From Narcine bancroftii (Eukaryota): a stretch of 64,000 nucleotides of DNA. The DNA is taken from contig NC_091473.1 in assembly GCF_036971445.1 (NCBI RefSeq), positions 206,708,001-206,772,000 of the forward strand, written 5' to 3'. The notes below the pieces were generated by a model. The model was not told where the DNA came from. It was given only the letters and a program-made list of their open reading frames with translations, and did no database searches. Made by a program: the position numbers and the translations under genes. Numbering within the stretch: the stretch's first letter is position 1; every line of letters begins with the position of its first letter. This document shows, one piece after another, positions 41,091 to 52,612 of the stretch.

Positions 41091-41397
41091 ATCGTGCTAA
41101 TGGAGATTCTGTCATTCAAACTAAGTCTTCAACAGTGAAGCCAGAAGGTGAGGCGGTGACTTTCAGATGCGACTATTATACTACAGTGACCAGGTACCAT
41201 CTATTCTGGTATCGACAGCAACAAGGCAAAATAATAGAGTTTGTTATGAGAAAATATTCGCTGGGTGTTGAAGATAAAGCTGATTTCGCACAAAACCGCT
41301 TCTCTGTCGACCTCAAGGGCACAAGAAAATACATCAGTTTAACCATTTCGGCGCTACAACTGAGAGAATCTGGCATTTATTACTGCGGCTTCAGACG
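41091..41397 (+). CDS. TRAV/TRDV: TCR alpha/delta variable segment V2, V exon, open frame
   Basis: DSVIQ...VTFRCDY...LFWYRQ...LTISALQLRESGIYYCGFR; 26 of 307 nt differ from V1. Confidence 0.9.
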
Positions 41398-41436
41398 CAC
41401 AGTGAGCGAAATCAAAGAAAACTTCTTACAAAATCT
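41398..41436 (+). other. V2 recombination signal sequence, 23-bp spacer
   Basis: CACAGTG 41398-41404, 23 nt, ACAAAATCT 41428-41436. Confidence 0.92.
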
Positions 41437-41828
41437 CCAAACTCCCAAAGTCTCTATTTCAAATCACCAGGCGATAGGTAAGCACATGCTTGCTTTTGTG
41501 GTTTTCAGTTACTTTAAAGTCGAGATGAATGTTTAGAGTTTCCTTTGTATTCAATCTCTGATTTTACTGCTTGTGGTTCTTCTCACAGGCGAGAAATTGT
41601 CTCTCGAATGTCTGTGTTTATGTTCATAGCATCTTCCCTCACCTATTTTAGCATGAACATTTGAAGGCTTTGGTAAGCTTGGCGTGATATCATATTGCTG
41701 ACAGAATTCACATCCTTCTTACCCTTCTGAAATGTTGTTAATATCTCAGCGACTGCCAGTCCTACATCGACCTTTCTATTAGCAGACTTCGCCACGGCCA
41801 GAATAGGTCAGGCCGTAATCTCTGCAGG

Positions 41829-41864
41829 AACAACATGTATTTTGTTAACAACATGTATTTTGTC
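41829..41864. repeat. 18-bp tandem duplication specific to copy B
   Basis: aacaacatgtattttgt(t/c) twice; single in copy A (~31199). Confidence 0.85.
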
Positions 41865-42769
41865 GTGGTCAGTCCAGAGCACGGTGATATGATTAGGAAA
41901 TTTTTCAATTTCAGGCAAGGAAGCCCCCGACTCTTATTCCCAGCTACTTCATTCCTTTACACTTCTCCACCAATATTCCACAAGGCCTCAGGTTTCCTCA
42001 TCAATCGCCAATATTTCCATAGGATTTTTCTTGTGCCGATGTATCCAATGTCATTTCCTCAATATTTCTCGCACACCTCGCTTTATAAACTTTTACTCTC
42101 ATCAGATTCCAGCATCGAATGCATTTATTTCCAGTTATAACCTGTTCCACTCTACCTCACTCACCGTTCACCTGAACATTGATTCCATCTTTCCCGATTC
42201 CTTTATTTAGCATATGCTAATCAATTCTCTCTGTTTATTAACTTTCATTGCCATGGTAATAAATCCAAACTATCTCAACAATTCTTTCTACCTGTCTGCA
42301 TTATACGATCACCCCACTCTACTCTCTGTTTGATCAGCAGTTCAAGCTCCAAACGTCACAATTCATTTCTTACACTGACATACCTTTCCCAGCAGACTTT
42401 CTCCGGCAGACCGTTCATTGCCAAAGCCTAGGTATCATTACATTATCATCGATTTTCATAAATGAACAGAGATATAGGGGTTAAGCAACACTGCTTTATA
42501 TCAGTGTGCATAAAACCCAATACTTAACAAAATGATATAAATTAATAGGATAGTACTTGACAAATGAGGATGAAAACAACTGGTTTATCCACCGCAACAG
42601 GAAGATTAAACATAACTAATATCATTACTGGGCTTCTATTCCCCTCAGTCTGCCTTCGCCAATCCAGGTGACTCTGCATTTTGTTGTATGATTATTTCTG
42701 TATTATTTTCCCTGCCTTTTATTCCTTTATTTTTCATTATTTTCCAATACCCAGACTTGATTCAAACAC

Positions 42770-43320
42770 GTTGGCAGATGGGATGATGTATGATGTTCAA
42801 AATCTTGAATCAATATGAGTGTAGATTAGATATCGTAAAGGAAAAACTCACTAGTGTTAGGTGCCTATGGTCACCGAAAAATAATATATTAGCTCGGGCA
42901 ATAAACCAAGAAATCTCGGAGGCATGTACCACTGCAAAAAAACAGTTATCATGGTGGAATTTGAAATGCACATGGATTATGCAAATTAGGCCGCTAGAGG
43001 AAAACTTGAGGACGAGTTCATAGAATGCATACATGATGGCTTTTTTGAACAGAATGATCTCGTCCTGTGCAATGAGCAGGCAAATTTGGCAATCATGTTG
43101 TCATGGTTACTCTTGATAAGTTTTTCAGAAAAATGGAGAACACAATAATTTGGTATTAAACAAGTGTGTAATGCCCAAACAAGGGAAACTCCAACCAGTC
43201 AAAGTTAGATTGGGAACGCGTGCAATATGGAGGAACCCTTGAGGAACCTTCAGCGAGATTGTCACGATGCTCAATAACATTTATTCCTGTTAAAATCAAG
43301 GACAGTAAGTATGGGAGCGG
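42770..43320 (+). mobile_element. Old CR1 endonuclease-region fragment
   Basis: Degenerate GAYGHRK...INQEISEAC...WWNL (cf. YRPP, MGDFN). Confidence 0.6.
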
Positions 43321-43539
43321 CGTCACGTTATACAGCTTTATACGAGCCTCGGGGATCCTCATAAAAAATAACACAATGAAATGCGTCCTGTAACGCCTAT
43401 AAGATAACTCAATGTCTATGATATGAGCAAAACAAAACGAAGAAAAATAAACCAGGTAATTTACACACTGATGAAAATCCAGCTTCTACAGGATCATTCA
43501 TTTCAGCAACGGGCTGTCAGGAAAATAATAAAATGGCGG

Positions 43540-45360
43540 CTGTAAAAGCCTCGAGGACTACGAAGGGACCCATCCGTGGAATGGAGCCAGCCTGAGCAAC
43601 TTATCAATAAGGAAGACTCACTTGCCCTCCTCTAAGACATTAAAATAGGTAATGAAACTATCTTTAATAAGATTAACTGCAAAACGGAAGAGATTATTCA
43701 GTCCAGCTCGGGACTTAAAACCACTAAATTCCTGGATTGCTGCTGCGGAGGAACATGTTGATAGCCACACTCGGTGTGTTGACTTGAGAAATTACTTTCT
43801 ACTATGGAAAATAGACCAGCTGAGAACCATAGCCGATATTACTATATCCGCAATTTATACTTGAAAGAAGGCGGTTAAAGAAATGACCTCGTCGACTTCT
43901 TTACTGTCTGGATCCCAGACAATATTGGACGAGAACACTTTAATGAACTGATAATAATTGAACAGGCTTATTTGGGCCTTTTGCATCCAACCCATCTGCG
44001 GGCCAGAGACTGAGACGACCTTATATGTATGTTGAAGTAACAGGACTGGATAAAATCCCTGCGTGTCGTCGCGTGGCAGACAAGAGAGGATATAGGCCAG
44101 TGCTATTTTTACCTGACATAAGTTCAAATTCAATGAAGCGCAGGAGGGAGTTTGATCAAGTCAATAAGTAATTTATCAAGAAGACCGCCTTTATTTCAAA
44201 ATAGACTTCTTCCATTCTCTATGGGAAACTATTTTTAAAGATTTAAACAATTATGGTACTGAGAAAATTAAGGATTCTTTTAGCCGGGAAATACATTACT
44301 TTTATAAAATGAAGGAAATGTTTCAGGTATTGGAAAATTTCTCAATTTTATTATTATCAAATTATGAGATAACTACGTGAAAGTTTTGATCAATATTCAG
44401 TATTACCAGCAGAAACTGATGTAATGTTGTTAAGTACTGTAGATGTAACGAAGTTTATTTCAAATATGAATGAATTATTACAAAAGACCTCTGGAGGAAG
44501 GGGTTCATAAATCAAGACATAAATGGGAAATAAATTTAAATGAGCAAATAGATGAATATGAATGTACCGAGAGTATGAAAAGAACAATAAACGTAACTAT
44601 AGGCTAGTTTAGTATTATTTTACTCAATAGTTATATTTCACTCCACAGAAGTTACATAAGATGAAATATACATAATCGGATTTATGGTTTGTTTTTTTGA
44701 TAAGAAGTGTGTTCATTTCTGTGTTTAACTTAGCAGTATTCCACAATTAAACCTTTTCGGCTTGAAATAGGTAATTTATTAGGAAGAATAACAGTGGTAA
44801 ATTTCCTACAGGATCCATGATACTTTTAGTGGGAGATATTAGAATGATTAAACGTAAATTAATATTAAATTTGTAGCAAGTGAAATTTGTTCAAAATGCT
44901 TTGTCAATGAATAGAAATGTATTGTTATAACTTGGAAATTGAATCTTAACTTTAGAATGGATTGAAGACACACGAAAGTTCGGTGTTGCATTCCATTTCA
45001 GAAAATTACTTATATTTTAATAGATACATACCATATATGTTAGAAAATATGGTGCCTATATTTTCAAGATGTTGGCATTAATATTTAAATAAATCTGAAA
45101 CACTCCCTTTATCTCATAATTCGAGAAATGTGAAATACTCCTCTAGTAGTTCTCTTATCTTCTTCTTTTTCTCTTCTTTCTCTTCTTCTGGTTTTGTTGT
45201 GGCTTTGAAAGAGGATAGTGGGGGGTTATAGAATGTTTATTCAGTCTTATTTTATTTTTTTCTATATATACCACATGTATTTTGATTGAATTTGAAATAC
45301 TGCAAATGTTTATTTTGTGTTTTAAATTTTAAATAAAATTTCAAAGAGACAAAAAAAATT
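43540..45360 (+). mobile_element. Old L1/Tx1 fragments: ORF1 relic followed by ORF2 3' end
   Basis: ORF1-like remnants 43600-44150; L1 3' region ending AATAAA(45332) plus A-rich tail. Confidence 0.55.
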
Positions 45361-45419
45361 CAGATCGAATAACATTCATTTTTCTTACTTATTTCACCCT
45401 GAAACATTGAGGGTCACAC

Positions 45420-48200
45420 CCCCTCATGGAGGGAGGATATTCTTCAAAACGCCCTGGAAATGATGACTGGCCATAAGGAGAATCAAATGGAGAATGAAAG
45501 CATGTCGACGAAAACTGTATGGGAACTCGTCGTTATCACGAGCTGCCGAGGATACATTTCCTAAAATGTGGTCACTTTTTGCACTTAAAATGAATAGATG
45601 TTCCAATTGGAAAGAAAAAATTAAAAGGATTAGTTTCGATAATAGCTGAATTTTACAGTAACTGTTTCATAGTTTATCGTTTTTAAATCTATTATCGTAT
45701 TGAAAATTGGATTATCATGTTATTAAGAAAAATATGCATGCCAGATATAGGACTGATATGTAAGTTGTGAAATTTGAAAAGGAGTATGGCACCAAAGAAG
45801 TATGGAAGTGCTTTAGACAAACAAACTTAAGTAAAATACACTGCACACTTTTAAAATTGAAAGCCTCATTTAAGAACTAAACGAAGATAATATAAATTAG
45901 GATAGAAAGCACTTACAGTCTTGTACTGCAAGAGGAAAGTTCGAGAATAATTAATTTTATTCAGACTGAAGTGAGCTCAGTCTCATATAATCCAACATAA
46001 ATCCAGGACTCAATTAAACAGTTCTATGCAGATTTATACAAATCAGGATCCAAAGAAGACCTAACGAACATTGATGACTTTTTATCTACTGCTGAACTGT
46101 CCAAATTTGACCAAGATGAACAAGAATGTCTGGAGGTTCCACTTACCCTAAATACATTGAAAGAGCCCAAGGCTCCATGCAGTCCAATAAGTCACTATGG
46201 GAGGCTTGTTTCCTGCGAGAATTTTATAGAGGATTTAAGGAATTGCCCATACCCCTCATCATTGATATCATTGACTTAGCGTCTAATACCCAAACTACCT
46301 ACTGCCATAATTACTGTAATTCATTAGTAAAAACAGAGACCCATTAAATTCCTCTTCACTTCTGAACATTTGATTTCTGAACAGATTATAGGTTGATTTT
46401 TAAGTCCCTGTCTTACAAACTTGGCGAATACATACTGCAATTAATAAATCCAGCCGAGAGTGGCGTTATTTTGAAAAGCTGATCAACCAACAACCTATGT
46501 AATATTATATATTATGCAAAGTCTAAGGCTGAATCGAGTGTCACTATGGTTCTGAGTGCAGATAAAGTCTGGCAGCCTGTACTGGCCGTATTTGTTTAGA
46601 TTGTTGGCCAAGCTCAGTTTGGGCAGCTATTTCTTAAATGACTTTAAACCCTTCATCACAGATACAAAACCAAGTTCGCCACAATGGACAGGTATTTGAA
46701 ACGTTCTCTTTTATCAGGTCTAACCTACAGGGCTGTCCTTTAGCTCCAGGACATTCCATCTTGGCAATTGAGCCGTTATCATATGCAATGAGAGAAGACT
46801 CAGATAATGTATGTCAGAGAAATCACAAAATTAATTTTATGGAAGATGATGAAATCCTGTACTTAACAGATCTGGTTAATTCCCATACGAAATTAAAGAT
46901 TTTATTAATATCTTACGGCAAAGTTTCAGAATACAATTTAATCTGCAGAAAAAGCGAAATTATCTCACTAGCAAATTTCGATTGCATTGAGTACCAGAAA
47001 TCAAGCCCATTCAAGGGCCATCGGTGTCATTAAACTTCTTGGAATGATGGCTGATAATGATCTTCAGACTTTCAGACATATAAACTTAATTACCGTGCGT
47101 TAGTAAATGTGAAAATTAGAGATGATGGGTTAACTTTCCCATCCCTCTAACTGGCTGAGCCACTGGAAGAAAATAAATACATTGCCGTTATTAGAGTATA
47201 TTATAGAGTCCTTGCCCATTCCACAATAGAATGCTTTTTTTTAAAATCCTTCATAAGCATTTTGAGCTGTTGACATGGAAGTGTAAAGTGTCAGGGTTAT
47301 CAATGGAAAAAGGAAGAGGGGTAATCGATTAGGAGGCTTTCGATTGCCTATTTTCCAGAAATATTATTTGGAGACTAAATTAGATTTATTTATTTATTTT
47401 TCGACTGTGATAATGCCCCCTCCTGGGTACAAATTTTATTGAACTCCCTAAAAAAGAGCTGTGCAGTGAGTTTAGTTATAAACGTAATTCTGGAATTATA
47501 GCCATCAGGACAGACAGTCATATTTTGAAATATTGGTTAGGATATGGTGTGAGACCTCTGGATGTTTTGGACTGAAACGTGAATTTTCACATAAAACACC
47601 CTTAAGAAAAAATGATCTTATGCCAAGACCTTGAATAACGTGATTCTGGAAGCCTGGTGTCACAATGCAACGACTGGACGATTGCTGTGTGAATGGATTA
47701 TTCATGACATTTGAATATTTTAATTAAAAATGTAACGTGGCAAACAAGATGTTCTTTTGTTATCTCCAGTTAAGATCCTTCCTTATGGCCAATTTAGGCC
47801 CTGAAATGACATTACCTCAGGGCCCCGAAATGGAAAACTACTCCATGAGGAAAGTATAGAAGATTATTTCTCGAATATCTGCTTTTATTGATGATTTAGA
47901 TCCCAAATCCAGGTTTTCATACGTCTAGAATGAGCTGTCTGTCAGATTTAGAAATAACAGTTGATGGAGTCTCTGGTCAGATCTAAGTCCGGGGTGTTTA
48001 TTGGCTACTATCAATGGCAGTAATCGATTGGTCTACTATAATTTTATCAATCAGCTGTCCCTCACGCCACATAAATTAAACCAATATAGATCACTTGATT
48101 GTATAGGTGCGCTTTCCTTTGCTGAGTTCAACAATAGCCTCCATTTTGTCGGTATTCACGGTGGAGGAGACATCCAGCATGTTAAATTAACTGGCATATA
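45420..48200 (+). mobile_element. Old L1/Tx1 ORF2 relic
   Basis: ORF 46638-47033 QGCPLAPGHSILAIEPL...FMEDDEILYL...YGKVSEYNL; SDH near 45560. Confidence 0.75.
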
Positions 48201-49549
48201 ATTTCCTCCCTTTTTCCTTCGTCCTTTCTTGAATAGTGGTGTGAATAACGTAGAAGAATATTTCAATAAAGTGATAAACAAAAGGTTCAACAACAACGTT
48301 GCAGGGTATAAATTCTACATTAAATGTAGACAAAAGACAATAATGATTTTTTTTATTTATTCGTTTATGCTCCAGCTGCTCAAGTATTCTTTCAATTAAT
48401 ATCGCAGGGTCACGCGGGATACACAGGTGTTTATGAAGGTCCTGAGCATGTATGAGGATACTGAGAGAACAACACCAAAAGTTTCAGACTGCATTTTCTT
48501 GATCATATATTAACATGTTTTTCTGTCCCACTCGCTGCTCTCTTGTTCAGCGGAGGTCCGGTGGGTGACGAAAATTTGGAGTAGTCTAACAAATATGTGA
48601 ATCATGATTCAGCAGTTGTTTAATTTGCAAGCTTAAAATTATTCCACTGAATTCGCCTTTATTATCGAACCTACCTTCTAATAATCGACTCAGGCATCAG
48701 TCTCACACACTGGCGCTCTTCAAATTGACCCTATAGCCATTCCTATTTAATCTTTCATACTTTTATAACTTTTCCTCTCGGATCTAGTTTTACACATCCT
48801 TATTAATATTTTCAGCCCTTATTTTTAGGTTTGTTCCAGTCAATCTTCAGGGTTTGAATAAATATTGATGACTTGATATATCAAGCTGCCACTTCAAATG
48901 AACATTTCATTAACCCTAACTCATTCCTGTTATTGTTCATATTTCATCTACATAATACGACCCATATGATATGAAAATCGTACCATGGTGTTTTTCTGTT
49001 GATTTGAAATGTGGCGTACTGTAACTTAAGACTTGGAATGATCATTGTTCGGCTTTAAGCCCTTCCTCGTGAGCCGCTGATAACCGATCATAAATGAGAA
49101 CATCAGACAATATGTCTAATGATGTCTGAAGCCAATGGAATGCTAAAATAAAATAAATAACTTCTGCCAGCATATAATCCATATCTAATCTTTCCGTGAA
49201 TATTAATGTCTATCTAACAGTAGAATGTTTTAAAGAAACAAAATTCTGAAGCATATGTTGTGATTACACTGATGTTTATAAGAATATGCCCGGTCTAATT
49301 TGAAATCACAGTGAAAAATATTCCGAATGTTCAAACATGTGTACGGGTGCATTTTTGTTGACATTACCATCGTGGCACTCATATGAATATACATAGATCC
49401 CAATTTTAGAAATTGTAGAAATTTACAGAGAAAATAACTTGAATTATTCTGATACATGGGAGCATTTAAAATGCACCGGGAGAGGGAGGTGCTTGTTTAA
49501 ATATCTGCATTGCTAATAGCACATAAAAGGAAGGGAAGCTCAAGCAGAG

Positions 49550-50490
49550 CGCTCATTCTTGGAGTGGCCAGCGTGTGTGCGGTTTAATGTAAGCATAAAA
49601 AGTTGAGACTTTGACTCGAGACATTTACAGCGAGCATAGGATTAGCTGGAGGTAGGTTTAAGCAAGATAAAGACAGTTAAGGGTAGTTAGGGAAGCGAAC
49701 AGTTTCTTTGACGGCTTCATCCGTGAGAAATCCACCGAACTGCAGCTCCTTTAAAACAGCGAAAGGGAATGAGAATTATGATCACCTGATCATTGGAGAA
49801 GCAGAGGGTTCGAAAGTCAAGAGTTAGAATGGCGCAATCATGCCTCGACTTCATAAAGATGGTTTCTGAGTTTCAGTCAGGAGAGGTAATAGAAAAATAC
49901 AGGCAGTGTACGACCTGTGGTCATTTCCCTGAGAAACATTTAGATACAGCTAAGGAGGCTTCATATCTGGTCAAGGCAGCAGCCAGACAAATTGCAGAGT
50001 TTTCGTCTCTGAGCCCCAGAAAGGAATGGTGAAGTCAGATAGAGCGATAATCGATAGTCAAGGGAATCGATAGTAGGTTCTTGAGGCCCGAAAGAGACTC
50101 CAGTATTGTGTTCTGACTCCCAAGCGCTTGAAACGAGGATGTCTCTGTACAGCTGCTGAATATTGTAAGAGAGGAGGATTAACAGCCAGAGGTCTTTAAA
50201 ATATTAGTAAGAATGTCAAAAGCAGGCATGCGGTGAAAGGCCGCAAGAGTGTCCTGAGGAAGTTAGGAAAATGGCTGAAGAGCAAGGCTGCCACTTTGGC
50301 AATCACTGCATTACCCCTGGTGTCACGATATAGTGATGATCAGAACAGAAAGATTGTTCCGAAATATGAGTGGCTGAAGAGATGGTGCATGGTTTTTGAA
50401 TCATTGGTATCTGTTCGGGTATTGGGTGAAGTGGGACGGGTTACATCTGACCACGAGGTGAACCCGCAGAGCCGATGTCGATGGGGTTGA
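49550..50490 (+). mobile_element. Old CR1 5' region / ORF1 esterase relic
   Basis: RAIIDSQGNR...RDSSIVF*LPSA; LRKLGKWLKSKAATLAITALPLV...WLKRWC. Confidence 0.7.
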
Positions 50491-50529
50491 CGGCCTTACG
50501 TGTATCTCTTGAATTCCCTGAACATATAT

Positions 50530-50825
50530 ACTGGCACACTCCGCCTGGAGAAGCAAATAAGTTAGGATTCCCTTCCTCCTGACCCATTACCCGAAACCCC
50601 ACAGTACAAAAAATAGTAACCTCTGTATTTTCATCAACAACAACGTAAACATATCAATTCATTGCGCGGCTTTGATCTGTCTACAACAACGGCACAGATA
50701 TTCCAGTGCCAAACAATTTTTTTCCACATCCTATTCCCACACAAACATGTCTATCTCTGCCTCATTCACTGCAAATCCGAGTCTAGTCACAAATTGGCAA
50801 GCAACATCTTATATTCGGGCACTCT
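50530..50825 (+). mobile_element. Penelope-like repeat, split by the ERV and resuming at 55751-55990
   Basis: gcaacatcttatattcgggcactc|...|caac...cattgactgccacaatttcc rejoins as one repeat motif. Confidence 0.5.
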
Positions 50826-52582
50826 TGTAATGGAGGGTTAAGACCATGTACCCAAATAGTTGTTTGCTTATGTGGAACTAACGACACTGGGGCCACACTC
50901 AGGTCACCTTACTTTCAGAACTAGCAGATGTAATTAATCTCAGGCATGGGGACTTATCTGAAGATACACTTTGAAATGGAATTCCACTGTGAGGCCCAGG
51001 GAAAGCAGTTGTCAAATCTGACACTCTGAAATTGACGAATTGGTCACAACCTGTCTTGCTCGAGAAGTTTTAATGTATTTGTATCTACGATATAAACCAG
51101 GAGATCATAGCATCCTGGTTCCATAATAATTAATCTTCTAAATTGTAGAACAGTATGTTCAGCTTTGATTTTGACTGAAAATGTTAGAGGGAGTGGGCGC
51201 ATGATTAATTATTTTGGGGTATAAAAGCCTTTGGTCCTGCTGCTGAAATTTAGACTCTCCGATGGGTGGGAACACCCCTTGTCAAGAAGGAAGAACAGCC
51301 AGAGTCCGAGCAACGTCCCGGTCCGGGGAGGTGAAGAAGCTGCTACCAGCGCCCTGCCAGCCTACTACAAGTGTGCCGTCCTTGCCTCGCTTTGGCAGTT
51401 GGCACCAGTCCAGGCATTGTTAAGTATGATTAGGGAGGGCTTGCATATTGTAGTTTGAAATCTGCTTAAGTCTTTGCCCATTCAGAGCCAGCTCTTCAGC
51501 GCTTGACATCCTGCTTTGCGGAAACTGCCAAAATGTTTGGCCTGGAAGTCAGCCTGAAGAAAACTGAGGTCCTCCATCAGCCAGCTCCCCACCATGACTA
51601 CCAGCCCCCCCCCCCCCCACATCTCCATCGGGCACACAAAACTCAAAACGGTCAACCAGTTTACCTATCTCGGCTGCACCATTTCATCAGATGCAAGGAT
51701 CGACAATGAGATAGACAACAGACTCGCCAAGGCAAATAGCGCCTTTGGAAGACTACACAAAAGAGTCTGGAAAAACAACCAACTGAAACACCTCACAAAG
51801 ATTAGCGTATACAGAGCCGTTGTCATACCCACACTCCTGTTCGGCTCCGAATCATGGGTCCTCTACCGGCATCACCTACGGCTCCTAGAACGCTTCCACC
51901 AGTGTTGTCTCCGCTCCATCCTCAACATCCATTGTAGCGCTTTCATCCCTAACGTCGAAGTACTCGAGATGGCAGAGGTCTACAGCATCGAGTCCACGCT
52001 GCTGAAGATCCAGCTGCGCTGGGTGGGTCACGTCTCCAGAATGGAGGACCATCGCCTTCCCAAGATCGTGTTATATGGCGAGCTCTCCACTGGCCACCGT
52101 GACAGAGGTGCACCAAAGAAAAGGTACAAGGACTGCCTAAAGAAATCTCTTGGTGCCTGCCACATTGACCACCGCCAGTGGACTGATATCGCCTCAAACC
52201 GTGCATCTTGGCGCCTCACATTTTGGCGGGCAGCAACCTCCTTTGAAGAATACCGCAGAGCCCACCTCACTGACAAAAGGCAAAGGAGGAAAAACCCAAC
52301 ACCCAACCCCAACCAACCAATTTTCCCCTGCAGCCGCTGCAACCGTGTCTGCCTGTCCCGCATCGGACTTGTCAGCCACAAACGAGCCTGCAGCTGACGT
52401 GGACTTTTACCCCCTCCATAAATCTTCGTCCGCAAAGCCAAGCCAAAGAAAAGAAGACTTTGTAATAAAGGTTTGTGTAAATTGAAATGCTCTCGGTGTG
52501 TGTCTGTGTTTTATTTCGGTAGCTCAAACACTGTGACCAATCTGAAACCAACAAAGTGAGAGGTACAAGTTTGCCCAGAACA
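50826..52582 (+). repeat. ERV 5' LTR, interrupted by an RTE
   Basis: TGTAATG...GAACA; TATA 51220-51226; AATAAA 52464-52469; ~94% identical to the 3' LTR over 51213-51470. Confidence 0.92.
51477..52453 (+). mobile_element. RTE-clade LINE 3' fragment inserted in the ERV 5' LTR
   Basis: ORF 51594-52397 (YLGCTIS, LRWVGHV, RLPK, CSRC...SH); AAAG-rich tail; TSD AAG(T/A)CTTTG at 51468-51476 and 52454-52462; same family as 16460-18075. Confidence 0.95.
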
Positions 52583-52584
52583 AT

Positions 52585-52602
52585 TGGCGCAGCGAGCAGG
52601 GT
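52585..52602 (+). other. Primer binding site, tRNA-Ser
   Basis: TGGCGCAGCGAGCAGGGT complements the 3' end ACCCUGCUCGCUGCGCCA of vertebrate tRNA-Ser(UGA) as recalled; 2 nt after the LTR. Confidence 0.85.
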
Positions 52603-52612
52603 TGGTCTCAAG

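Larger units (their letters stand above)
31598..42221 (+). repeat. Tandem segmental duplication, copy B (~10.6 kb as assembled, contains V2)
   Basis: Start atttatcgctaatcgaattg matches 20391; end ctttatttagcatatgcta matches 31581-31599. Confidence 0.9.

Noticed and set aside
30464-41397. NAR-TCR supporting V-delta, NAR-TCR V, IgNAR or IgH-like V segments
   Set aside because: Both Vs have their own leader exons, no extra CDR1 cysteine, a full CDR2 region, TCR-type frameworks and no octamer. No D or J segments were found nearby.
30451-41536. ORF-track proteins 30451-30849 and 41078-41536 as single-exon genes
   Set aside because: They start in the intron and read through the RSS; the real structure is leader exon plus V exon.
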